Shown here: in pieces, positions 39,754 through 49,262 of the stretch
Position numbering within the stretch: position 1 is the first letter of the stretch
Layout: each line of letters begins with the position of its first letter
Source of the DNA: an uncultured Bacilli bacterium
GTDB taxonomy: Bacteria; Bacillota_I; Bacilli_A; RF39; UBA660
DNA: 64,000 nucleotides
NCBI GenBank assembly: GCA_934140575.1
Contig: CAKPBJ010000001.1
Span: 196,905-260,904 of the forward strand
Direction: 5' to 3'
Position numbers and translations under genes: made by a program
Notes under the pieces: generated by a model
Told to the model about the DNA's origin: nothing
The model's input: only the letters and a program-made list of their open reading frames with translations
The model's database searches: none

Positions 39754-40821
39754 CTATTTGTTTCTTGTTTTTAGGAATTCTACAAAACCTCTTAATAAGT
39801 CTTTTTTGTCTTCTTTTATCCAAGATATATTATTTAAAATATTAAGTGATTCATCATACATATTGTTCATCATTTTTTTTGCATATTCTTTTGCTCCACA
39901 AATTTCAAATATTTCTTTTACTTCTTTTATATTTTCTTCTGTTAGATTATCTTGACCATAGTATTTTAGAAGACTATCTTTATATTTTGTATTACACGTA
40001 TAAGAGTATAATATTGTTTGTTTAAACTCTTTTATGTCTGATCCTTTTACTTTACCTGTTTCTTCTGAATAAATTCCTAATAAATCGTCTTGTATTTGAA
40101 AAGCAATTCCTACTAATTCTCCAAATTTTTCTATATCTTTTAATTCTTCAGAAGTTGTTCCTGCAAGGATCATACCAGTTGATAATGGACCTATTATTGT
40201 ATAATATGCAGTTTTTAATTTATATATATTCATTATATATTCTTCTAGATTTTTATCTTCTTCTATTTTATATTTACTTCTAAAAGGAAGTGTTACATCT
40301 AGTAATTCACCTTTTATGGTATTTATTACGGTATCATTAAAATAGCTTAGTACTTTACTAAAATTATCGTCTTTATTATAGGAATTTATAATAATTTTAT
40401 TAGACAGGTATAGACCATAGTCTCCCATACATATTGCAACTGCGTCCCCTAAGTTTTTTAATTCTTCTTTTTCTTGTGAATAGTCTTTATATTTATTTAT
40501 GTTGGCATAATGAATTGTATCTTTACCTCTTCTTTTACTATCATTATCGATTATATCATCATGTATTAAGATTGCTGTTTGAAACACTTCATAGGCAAGA
40601 GATAAGTCATTACTATAGTCTTTATCTTCTTTTATGAGATAATATCCTAGATTTACAAGTGTTCCTCTTATTATTTTTCCATCTGAATTTAAATTTTTAA
40701 ATAATTCTATATTTTCTTTTATAATTGGATTTTTTTCTGTTAATAAGTTATTGTTAAATTCTATTAACTTTTTATTAATAGTTTCTTTTTCTTTTTTATA
40801 ATACTCTATAAATTTATTCAT
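39754..40821 (-). CDS. trans-polyprenyl diphosphate synthase (long-chain, e.g. hepta/octaprenyl)
   Basis: The first DDxxD motif ILIHDDIIDNDSKRRGK and the second FQIQDDLLG are present. Confidence 0.85.
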   Translation of the reverse strand: MNKFIEYYKKEKETINKKLIEFNNNLLTEKNPIIKENIELFKNLNSDGKIIRGTLVNLGYYLIKEDKDYSNDLSLAYEVFQTAILIHDDIIDNDSKRRGKDTIHYANINKYKDYSQEKEELKNLGDAVAICMGDYGLYLSNKIIINSYNKDDNFSKVLSYFNDTVINTIKGELLDVTLPFRSKYKIEEDKNLEEYIMNIYKLKTAYYTIIGPLSTGMILAGTTSEELKDIEKFGELVGIAFQIQDDLLGIYSEETGKVKGSDIKEFKQTILYSYTCNTKYKDSLLKYYGQDNLTEENIKEVKEIFEICGAKEYAKKMMNNMYDESLNILNNISWIKEDKKDLLRGFVEFLKTRNK

Positions 40822-41031
40822 AATTCTCCTTATAATACTTTTCCTTCACTTACTTGTTTATTTGTTTCTTCAAGTAACATATTATCTAACTCTTTTTTTC
40901 TACTATTTAATTTAATAGTTAGAAATTCGTCTAGTTCATATGGATATGTTTCTATTTGTAATGAGTCGTTTTGAATAGCTAACCTTCTAAATGTTCTAAT
41001 AAATTTATTGGTTAGATTAGTCTGAATGGCA

Positions 41032-41970
41032 TTATTTCTTTCTAATAGTGTTTTTTTTCTTATCTTCTTCTTTTGTGCTTTCTGCAGCTAATTCCCTGGA
41101 TATATATCTGATTGGTAAATATGGGACTGCTTTTATTTTTGTTATATTCTTATTTTGAAGAAGTGTTATAAATATATTTAAACTTAGAATAAATGATGGT
41201 GTTACATCAGTAATGTTACCTTCTGGATAATATGTACTTAGATTATTTTTAAAATCAAAATATTCTTTGCTTTCTTTTTCTTTAATACCATTATTCAATT
41301 TATATAAAAGTCTATTTATTATACTTGTATATTTTTTATTTTCTTCTGTTTCATTTTTCTTTTTATTATCTGAAATTATACTATAAATATAGCAGACATT
41401 TTCATTATTTTCTTGTCTTATTCCATAGTAAATGCTTGGAAGATGGTACTCAACTTCTTGGTTATTTACTACTCCTTTTAATTTTTCTGTTATTTTATAT
41501 GGGGTTTCCATTCTACTATCAGTTAGTTCATTTTGTACTACAAGTGTTGATTTTTTAAATGATGAACCTAATTTTACTTCTAGAGGAGTATCTAATGTTT
41601 GAAATGTCACATCTTTTTGGAAATCAATGTTTCTTCTTAAAAATGTTTCTGGATTTATAAAGTCTTCACTTGTTGCGTTACTAATTAAATTCATTATTAA
41701 AAATTTCATTTTCTCTTCAATGCTTTTATTTATAAATGTATATGCTTTTCTATTTTTAGCTATTTCTAATTCTAAATACTCTTGAAGCAGACTAAAAAAT
41801 TTGTTTTCGTTTCTAATAAGTAATTTACCAGGTGCTTTATTTCCAGTATCAATTATTACTTTTCCATTTTGTTCAATCCTAGTATCAAAGTAAACTGGCC
41901 AATCATCACCATCTATTATTATTGAGCCTGTACTTGCTTCTTTAATTAGTTCATAAAACTTTTCTTTCAT
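41032..41970 (-). CDS. hypothetical protein
   Basis: The ORF is 312 aa with no motif. It overlaps the lspA stop by 4 nt. A +1-frame continuation of 65 codons follows its stop (40838..41030). Confidence 0.4.
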   Translation of the reverse strand: MKEKFYELIKEASTGSIIIDGDDWPVYFDTRIEQNGKVIIDTGNKAPGKLLIRNENKFFSLLQEYLELEIAKNRKAYTFINKSIEEKMKFLIMNLISNATSEDFINPETFLRRNIDFQKDVTFQTLDTPLEVKLGSSFKKSTLVVQNELTDSRMETPYKITEKLKGVVNNQEVEYHLPSIYYGIRQENNENVCYIYSIISDNKKKNETEENKKYTSIINRLLYKLNNGIKEKESKEYFDFKNNLSTYYPEGNITDVTPSFILSLNIFITLLQNKNITKIKAVPYLPIRYISRELAAESTKEEDKKKNTIRKK

Positions 41971-42440
41971 TGTTTTTTCTCTTTTCTACAATCTTTTAAA
42001 ACGCTTATCAATAACAGAAATACTCCGACAGTTATTCCAATATCCGCAATATTAAATACTGGGAAATTATAATTAAATATTCTGAATGATATAAAATCTG
42101 TGACAGAGTGATTTATTATTCTATCAATCATATTTCCAAATATACCGCCTATTACCATTCCTAAAGATATTTCTGATCTTCTATTTAAATCTTTTTCTTT
42201 ATCTATGTAATTATTTAGAACTAATAATATTAAGGCACTTAGTATAACTAAGAATACTGTACTATCTTGTAGTATTGAGAAGGCTGCTCCTGTATTTTTT
42301 AAATAATATATTGAAAAGAAATTTGGTATTACTTTTATAATATCATTTTCTACTAATTTAGCTGAAACTATAAATTTTAGTATCAAATCTACCATAATAA
42401 CAATAGATGCGATACTGTATATTTTTTGTTTACTCTTCAT
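41967..42440 (-). CDS. lspA: lipoprotein signal peptidase II
   Basis: The protein is 157 aa with 4 TM segments and the motifs NTGAAFS and FNIADIGITVG. Confidence 0.85.
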   Translation of the reverse strand: MKSKQKIYSIASIVIMVDLILKFIVSAKLVENDIIKVIPNFFSIYYLKNTGAAFSILQDSTVFLVILSALILLVLNNYIDKEKDLNRRSEISLGMVIGGIFGNMIDRIINHSVTDFISFRIFNYNFPVFNIADIGITVGVFLLLISVLKDCRKEKKQ

Positions 42441-45384
42441 TTGTGTCTCCTTCTAATAGTTTTATTCTATCTATAATAATTTGAATTTCATTAAGACGTT
42501 TTTCTACTTTACCTCTTACTTTTATTAACATGCCACTTTCTAAATTTGGATATTTATTAAAAGTTTTAGGAAATAAAACAAATTCAGTGGATGATGTTTC
42601 ATCACTACCGGTAATGAATGCCATCTTGTCTCCTTTTTTTGTATTAATTGTTTTTATTTTTTCTATTAATATTAATACATCTACTTGTTTATCATAATAA
42701 TCATTTATTTTATTTATTGGTATTGCGTATGGATTATCTTTTTTATAAAAACTTGTCGGATGACATGATAAATAAAATCCGAATACTTCTTTTTCTTTTT
42801 CTAGTAAATAAGAATTTTTATATTCTTCTTTTATTTCTATATCTGGTTTCATTACAAGTGATGGGTCAATGTCTTTAGTTAGTTCTGCATAGTTATATAG
42901 ACTATCTAAATTATAAATTAGTGTAGCTCTATTAAATTTAAATTCTTTGAAGACATCTGCGTAAATTAATGTTTCTAATGTTTTCTTACCTATACCTGCT
43001 ATTGATAATCTACTGAAGCAGTCATATATATCTTTAAATTGACCTTCTTCTTTTGCTTTTTTTATTTGCTCTGTAACTACATTTCCAATTGATTTTATAT
43101 TAGATATTGGATAAATAATTTTATTATTACTTACTATATATCTTGAATCACTATTACTTATTGTAGGTTTTTCTATTTCTATTTTGTTTGCCTTTGCTTC
43201 TAAAATGTATTCATTTGTTTTTGTTTCACTACCTATTACATTGCTTAGTAAGTTAGCAAAGAATATTGTTTTGTAGTGACACTTTAGATAAGCCATTTTA
43301 TATGCTACTACTGAATATACTACAGAGTGAGATTTATTGAAACCATATCCTGCGAAATTTAGGACTAGATTAAATAGTTCTTTAGCTTGTTTTTCATCAT
43401 GTCCCATCTCTTTACTTTTTCTAATAAATTTTTCTTCTTCTGATTTTAAAAGTTCTACTTTTTTCTTAGACATTGCACGTCTTAAGATATCTGCTTCTCC
43501 AAGAGAATATCCGGCATAAACATTTGCAAGTTGCATTATCTGTTCTTGATATATTAAAAGTCCATATGTATTTTTTGTGACTTCTTCTAATGACTTGTCA
43601 AGATATGTTATTTTTTCTTCATTATGTTTTCTTTTTATATATGTGTCGATATTAATTGCTGCTCCTGGTCTAAATAAAGCTATAGCTGCAAAGATATCTT
43701 CAAATGTAGATGGTTTTAGTCTACGCAAGAAATTTCTCATTCCACTAGATTCAAATTGGAATATTCCACAAGTATTAGCTGTTTTAAACATTTCTAATGT
43801 TTCTTTATCATCTAATGGTATTTTTGAAAAGACTACTTCTTTATTTTCTATTGTTTTTATGTCATTTATGATGTTGTCTATTAAAGTTAAGTTTTTTATT
43901 ACTAAGAAGTCCATTTTTAATAGTCCAAGTTCTTCTAAATACTCCATTGAATAACTTGTAAGATACATATCATCTGTTTTATATAGTGGTAGTACTTCAT
44001 CTAAGTCTTTTTTACTCATAATGATACCTGCGGCATGTTGTGATGTGTGTCTTGGGAATCCTTCTAGTTTAACAGCTATTTTAAACATATTTGAAAGAAT
44101 CATATCACTTTCTACATGTGCTTTGAATGATTCATTGTTATTATATATATCTTCTAGTTTTTCTTTTGAATTAGCCGGGATATATTTACATAGAGCATCT
44201 ACTTTATATAAAGGAATATTCAAAACTCTCGAGGTATCTCTTATTGCCTGTTTTGCGGCCATTGTTCCAAATGTTATTATTCCACTTACTCTTTTTTCTC
44301 CATATTTTTCTTTTACATAATTTATTACTAATTCTCTTTTATTATCCGGAAAGTCGGTATCTATATCTGGCATTGTTTTTCTTTCTGGATTCAGAAAACG
44401 TTCAAATAGTAAATCATATTTTAATGGATCAATATCAGTTATACCTAGTGAATAAGCAACAAGTGAACCTGCGGCACTTCCTCTTCCTGGTCCTACTAGT
44501 ATCTTATTTTTTTTAGCATATTTTATGAAGTCATAAACTACTAAAAAGTAATTAGCAAATCCCATTTCATTTATTATTTTTAATTCTTTTATTAATCGTT
44601 CTTGATAATTTTTTGGAACATTTCCATTTAGTCTTTTATTTATACCTACTCTACATAACTCATATAAATACTGTTTGGGATCACTACATTCATAGATTGG
44701 TAATAAATTTTCAGCCTTTGGAAATTGTAAATTACAGTTATCTGCTAATTTATTAGTATTAATTAATCCTACATTGTCAGTTAATTCATAGATGTCAACA
44801 ATATTTAATTCGCATTCTTTTGTGTTATATTCTATTTCGTCAGTAATTGTTTTTCCATCTCTAATACGATATAGGTATGGTAATATGTATTCATCATTCT
44901 TATTCAAGTAAAGAGCTTGTCTATAGAAGATGATATTTTTAGTAAATAAAAGGGCTTCTTGTTCTTCTTTTTTATTTGTATATCCTAAATAAAATTCTTC
45001 ATAAATAGTTTTTAATAAATCGAATGACTCTTTATATTGAAATGGTAGTACTGTTATTGTATTTTTATTATGTTTTTTTAAATCATCTATTGTTATTTTT
45101 CTTTCATTTTGAATAGTTGATAGTTTTATTAGGTTTAGATAGCCTTGATAGTCTTTGGCATATGTTACTAATGTAAATTCATCTAAGTTTAATTCTAATC
45201 CAATTACTGGTTTTATATTTACTTTCTCACATTTTTTAATAAATTCCATAGTTCCAAACATATTTGAATCAGTTATTGCGATGCTTGGTAGTTGCTTAGT
45301 TTTGGCATAGTCTATAATATCATCTATTTTTAAAAGACTTGATAATAAATTATAATTGCTTTTATTATATAGCGGTGTATACAT
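42430..45384 (-). CDS. dnaE: DNA polymerase III alpha subunit, DnaE type
   Basis: The PHP domain N-terminus (LKIDDIIDYAKTKQLPSIAITDSNMFG) and the polymerase core (GPGRGSAAGSLVAYSLGIT, MPDIDTDF) are present. The protein is 984 aa. Confidence 0.9.
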   Translation of the reverse strand: MYTPLYNKSNYNLLSSLLKIDDIIDYAKTKQLPSIAITDSNMFGTMEFIKKCEKVNIKPVIGLELNLDEFTLVTYAKDYQGYLNLIKLSTIQNERKITIDDLKKHNKNTITVLPFQYKESFDLLKTIYEEFYLGYTNKKEEQEALLFTKNIIFYRQALYLNKNDEYILPYLYRIRDGKTITDEIEYNTKECELNIVDIYELTDNVGLINTNKLADNCNLQFPKAENLLPIYECSDPKQYLYELCRVGINKRLNGNVPKNYQERLIKELKIINEMGFANYFLVVYDFIKYAKKNKILVGPGRGSAAGSLVAYSLGITDIDPLKYDLLFERFLNPERKTMPDIDTDFPDNKRELVINYVKEKYGEKRVSGIITFGTMAAKQAIRDTSRVLNIPLYKVDALCKYIPANSKEKLEDIYNNNESFKAHVESDMILSNMFKIAVKLEGFPRHTSQHAAGIIMSKKDLDEVLPLYKTDDMYLTSYSMEYLEELGLLKMDFLVIKNLTLIDNIINDIKTIENKEVVFSKIPLDDKETLEMFKTANTCGIFQFESSGMRNFLRRLKPSTFEDIFAAIALFRPGAAINIDTYIKRKHNEEKITYLDKSLEEVTKNTYGLLIYQEQIMQLANVYAGYSLGEADILRRAMSKKKVELLKSEEEKFIRKSKEMGHDEKQAKELFNLVLNFAGYGFNKSHSVVYSVVAYKMAYLKCHYKTIFFANLLSNVIGSETKTNEYILEAKANKIEIEKPTISNSDSRYIVSNNKIIYPISNIKSIGNVVTEQIKKAKEEGQFKDIYDCFSRLSIAGIGKKTLETLIYADVFKEFKFNRATLIYNLDSLYNYAELTKDIDPSLVMKPDIEIKEEYKNSYLLEKEKEVFGFYLSCHPTSFYKKDNPYAIPINKINDYYDKQVDVLILIEKIKTINTKKGDKMAFITGSDETSSTEFVLFPKTFNKYPNLESGMLIKVRGKVEKRLNEIQIIIDRIKLLEGDTNEE

Positions 45385-45548
45385 AGACTATCACTCCTCG
45401 TATTTATTTTATCATATTTTAATATTATTTTGGGTATTAAGATTACATAAGGGCATTTTCCCTGATATTTAGGAAATTTATTTGACTTTAAGTTAATTTT
45501 ATGGTAAAGTTATAAAGCAGAACGAAGTAATACCGAAGGAGGGATAAT

Positions 45549-45728
45549 ATGGCAGTTAATATTACTACTAGAAAAGATAATGTAAAAAACATTAGATCTC
45601 ATGCTTTAAACACTACTAAGAAGAGACAAAACTTAAATCTACAAGTATTTAGACTTGAAGATGGTACAAAAGTTAGACTTTCAGCTAAAGAAATTAGAAC
45701 TTTAAGAAAAAATGAAAAAGCTGCTTAA
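45549..45728 (+). CDS. rpmB: 50S ribosomal protein L28 (missed by the ORF track; 59 aa)
   Basis: The product reads MAVNITTRKDNVKNIRSHALNTTKKRQNLNLQVFRLEDGTKVRLSAKEIRTLRKNEKAA. The RSHA(M/L)N core of L28 is present. The RBS GGAGGG lies 7 nt upstream. Confidence 0.85.
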   Translation: MAVNITTRKDNVKNIRSHALNTTKKRQNLNLQVFRLEDGTKVRLSAKEIRTLRKNEKAA

Positions 45729-45774
45729 TTATTAATTGAGCAGTTTTTATTTTGTTATTTTTACTAATAATTTA

Positions 45775-45812
45775 AAAAACTGATACTTTTGCATCAGCTT
45801 TTTTTAATATCC
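45775..45812. terminator. bidirectional terminator after rpmB
   Basis: The hairpin ctgatac-tttt-gcatcag is flanked by an A6 run and a T7 run. Confidence 0.6.
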
Positions 45813-46418
45813 TATATCATCTAATATATCTTTTACATCATCTTTATATTTATAGTTTACATTTACATAAACTGCGGTATTTTCAATTCTTGATATTACT
45901 TGATATTTATTATTTGCTTCTTGTGAATATCTTGAATATTTATCAAAATTTACGTATGAATATGTACTTCCACTACCTGTTTCTTTTTTAAATACTTCAA
46001 CATTGTTGTCGTAGAAATTTTTTGCATAGTCAGAATTTGATAAATCATAGAATTCTATTTGGTAAGTGTAATCTTCTGATATAGCTAAGTAGGCTTTGTT
46101 TACATAACTATAATTTGAAAATTGAGCTGTTACATCTTTTATTATGAAGTCTTCTTCTTCCATTGTGGTTTTAAATTCAGATGCGGTAATTGGATTTTTA
46201 CTTGTAACTATATCTTTACCTACTATAAGTAAAAATGATGCAATACCAGCTATTATTAATAGCACTACTCCAATTATAATAAATGGTAAAAATTTTAATA
46301 TTTTTGGTGTTTGTTTTTGTACTTGTTGGGGCTGAGCAACATTATTTATTGGCGAACCACAGTTGGTACAAAATTTTGAATTTTCATTAATTTTATTTCC
46401 ACAATTTCTGCAGTACAT
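45804..46418 (-). CDS. zinc-ribbon membrane protein (paralogous architecture to 34483..35592)
   Basis: The N-terminus MYCRNCGNKINENSKFCTNCGSPI is followed by a single TM segment and a C-terminal domain. Confidence 0.5.
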   Translation of the reverse strand: MYCRNCGNKINENSKFCTNCGSPINNVAQPQQVQKQTPKILKFLPFIIIGVVLLIIAGIASFLLIVGKDIVTSKNPITASEFKTTMEEEDFIIKDVTAQFSNYSYVNKAYLAISEDYTYQIEFYDLSNSDYAKNFYDNNVEVFKKETGSGSTYSYVNFDKYSRYSQEANNKYQVISRIENTAVYVNVNYKYKDDVKDILDDIGY

Positions 46419-46449
46419 ATTATCACTCCTTTATGTAGTGCATTTTATT

Positions 46450-47145
46450 TTATTGACAAGTATATCCTTTAGCTAACATATCAGCTTGAACGTTTTCTTT
46501 TGTAGTATTTGCGACATAATCAATAATTGTATATGTTGTTTGTTGTTGCTTTTCTGGGAATGTTGTCAAATCTAATTTTGTATAATCTACTGTTGTTGTT
46601 GAAATTATACCAGTTCCTGCTGGAGTTAAGACAACTTCATATCCTGGTATTGATACTAAATATTGTTGGAAAGCAACTTTATAATTCTCAATTGCATTAG
46701 GTCCAATTGCACTTCCTGGAGTTGGATTAATTGATGTAGTTCTTACAAATTTTGTTAATGCATTATTTTCAAATGTATATATTGTATTATATATTTGATC
46801 TGTTCCATCAGTACCATTTACAATTGTATATGTACATTTTAATGTATCTTTTTGTGATGTGTTTTCTCTTTTTTGAACAGTTGGTGAGTCATTATCTGAT
46901 ACAGGCTCAGAGGTTAGAGTTTGAACCACACCAAATGTTGTTCCAAAGAAAATAGACAAAGCGCCTATAATAGCAACTATAATTGCTGGTTTCTTACTAA
47001 TTGACTTTTCATATCTAGCAGCTTCTTCTACATCTTTTAAATTTAAAACTTGTGTTTTTTGTAATTCTTCTTGACTCATATTTTGATAATTTATATTTTG
47101 TTGTCTTTGATTTCTAATGTTATTATTTTGGTTCATAATTCCCAC
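46450..47145 (-). CDS. hypothetical membrane-anchored protein with an Asn/Gln-rich N-terminus
   Basis: The ORF is 231 aa with one TM segment near residue 55-75. Confidence 0.4.
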   Translation of the reverse strand: MGIMNQNNNIRNQRQQNINYQNMSQEELQKTQVLNLKDVEEAARYEKSISKKPAIIVAIIGALSIFFGTTFGVVQTLTSEPVSDNDSPTVQKRENTSQKDTLKCTYTIVNGTDGTDQIYNTIYTFENNALTKFVRTTSINPTPGSAIGPNAIENYKVAFQQYLVSIPGYEVVLTPAGTGIISTTTVDYTKLDLTTFPEKQQQTTYTIIDYVANTTKENVQADMLAKGYTCQ

Positions 47146-47252
47146 CTCTATCTTAATTACATTATATTAGAATTATTATAATTATTCAAGCAAAATCTTA
47201 TATTTCTACTTTTTTAGACTTGATGGTTTACTTTTATATTTTTTGCTTTTAT

Positions 47253-47280
47253 CAAAAAAAACACTATCTTTCGATAGTGT
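47253..47280 (-). terminator. rho-independent terminator downstream of typA
   Basis: The hairpin acactatc-tttc-gatagtgt is followed on the minus strand by U8. Confidence 0.75.
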
Positions 47281-47284
47281 AATT

Positions 47285-49099
47285 TTACTTCTTATTTCTT
47301 GCGTCAAATTTCTTTCTTTCTTCTGTATTTAATATTCTTTTACGTAGTCTAATGTTGTTTGGTGTTACTTCTACTAATTCATCTGAATTAATATAGTCAA
47401 GTGCATATTCCAAAGTGATTGGTCTAGGTCTTTTTAACACTACTGTATGATCAGAACCTGATGCTCTTGTGTTTGTTAATTGTTTTCCTTTTACAACATT
47501 AACTGCAAGATCAGAATCTCTATTACATTCTCCTACAATCATTCCTTCGTAAACTTCTACTCCTGGCTCAATAAACATAGTTCCTCTATCTTCTAGGTTA
47601 CCGATAGAATATGCTGTAGAGTTTCCATTTTCCATTGAAACTAAAACTCCTAGTTTTCTTTCACCAATTACGATATTTTCATATGGTTTATATTCTTTGA
47701 ATGTATGGTTCATGATACCATAACCTTTTGTCATAGTCATGAAATCTGTTGAGAATCCTAAAAGTCCACGAGATGGAATTGTATATAATAATCTAACTTG
47801 ATTTTCAAAATTAGTCATACTTTCCATTTTACCACCACGAACACCTAATTGTTCAATTACTGTTCCTACTGAATCTTCTGGTACTTCTATTTGTAATTCT
47901 TCGTATGGTTCACATTTTACTCCATCTATTTCTTTAATAATTACGTTTGGTTTTGATACTTCAAGTTCAAATCCTTCACGTCTCATGTTTTCTATTAATA
48001 TTCCTAAATGTAATTCTCCACGTCCACTAACTAAGAATGATTCATTTGTTGCTGGTTCAACTTTCAATGATACATCTCTTTGTGTTTCTTTATTTAATCT
48101 TTCTTCTATTTTTCTAGCTGTTACGATTTTTCCGTCTCTTCCAACGAATGGAGATGAGTTTGCACCAAATGTCATTTGAAGAGTTGGCTCATCGATATGT
48201 AATGGAGTAAGTGGTAGGATATGATCATTATTACATACTGTTTCTCCTACTGAGATATCAGCAAGACCAGATATTGCGATAATGTCTCCTGCTTCTGCTT
48301 CATTGATTTCTACTCTATTGTATCCGTAGTATCCAAATAATTTTTGGATTCTAAATTGTTTTGTAGTTCCATCTAGTCTACAGCAAGTTACCATTTCACC
48401 TGTTTTAATTGTTCCGTTTGCTACTCTACCAATTCCAATTCTTCCTACAAATTCATTGTAATCTAATAAAGCTGGTTGGAATTGTAATGGAGCATCTTTG
48501 TCTCCAGTTGGAGCTGGTATTTCTTCTATTATTTTATCTAATAACTCAGCAAATCCTGGAGTTTGAGTAGATAAATCTTCATCTAATGAACAAGTATTGT
48601 TTAGGGCTGATGCATAAATAACATCAAAATCTAATGCTTCTTCATCTGCACCTAATTCAATAAATAAATCTAATACTTCGTCAACAACTTGTTTACATCT
48701 TGCACTTGGTTTATCAACCTTGTTTATTACAACGATTGGTTTTACTTTTGCTTCAAAAGCTTTCTTTAAAACGAATCTTGTTTGTGGCATTGCTCCTTCA
48801 TATGCGTCAACTACTAGGATAACACCATCTACCATATTCATTATACGTTCAACTTCTCCACCAAAGTCTGCATGTCCTGGTGTATCTAGAATATTTATTC
48901 TTACACCCTTATAATCTAATGCTGTTGTTTTTGCTAAAATTGTAATTCCACGCTCTTTTTCTAGAGAGTTTGAATCCATTGACATATTACTTAAGTCTTC
49001 ATTATCTCTAAACATACCAGAATGTTTTAAGATACAATCAACTAATGTTGTTTTTCCATGGTCAACATGGGCAATAATTGCTACATTTCTTTTTTCCAT
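47285..49099 (-). CDS. typA: translational GTPase TypA/BipA
   Basis: The motifs AIIAHVDHGKTT, DTPGHADFGGEV and NKVD are present, together with EF-G-like domains. The RBS AGAGGTG lies 8 nt before the ATG at 49099. A TGnTATAAT -10 element is at 49129-49136. Confidence 0.9.
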   Translation of the reverse strand: MEKRNVAIIAHVDHGKTTLVDCILKHSGMFRDNEDLSNMSMDSNSLEKERGITILAKTTALDYKGVRINILDTPGHADFGGEVERIMNMVDGVILVVDAYEGAMPQTRFVLKKAFEAKVKPIVVINKVDKPSARCKQVVDEVLDLFIELGADEEALDFDVIYASALNNTCSLDEDLSTQTPGFAELLDKIIEEIPAPTGDKDAPLQFQPALLDYNEFVGRIGIGRVANGTIKTGEMVTCCRLDGTTKQFRIQKLFGYYGYNRVEINEAEAGDIIAISGLADISVGETVCNNDHILPLTPLHIDEPTLQMTFGANSSPFVGRDGKIVTARKIEERLNKETQRDVSLKVEPATNESFLVSGRGELHLGILIENMRREGFELEVSKPNVIIKEIDGVKCEPYEELQIEVPEDSVGTVIEQLGVRGGKMESMTNFENQVRLLYTIPSRGLLGFSTDFMTMTKGYGIMNHTFKEYKPYENIVIGERKLGVLVSMENGNSTAYSIGNLEDRGTMFIEPGVEVYEGMIVGECNRDSDLAVNVVKGKQLTNTRASGSDHTVVLKRPRPITLEYALDYINSDELVEVTPNNIRLRKRILNTEERKKFDARNKK

Positions 49100-49161
49100 A
49101 ATACTACACCTCTTCTTTGCGTCGCCACTCATTATAGCATAAAATCCATGGTATTACTAGA

Positions 49162-49196
49162 GGTTTACAAAAAAAAGAGTATTTTTTATGTACTCT
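49162..49196 (-). terminator. rho-independent terminator downstream of the M48 protease gene
   Basis: The hairpin aagagta-N9-tactctt has a U8 run on the minus strand. Confidence 0.55.
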
Positions 49197-49262
49197 TTTT
49201 GATATTTATTATAACTAAAAACTTGGAAGTTAATAATATTAATTATTTTTTACGATAATTTT

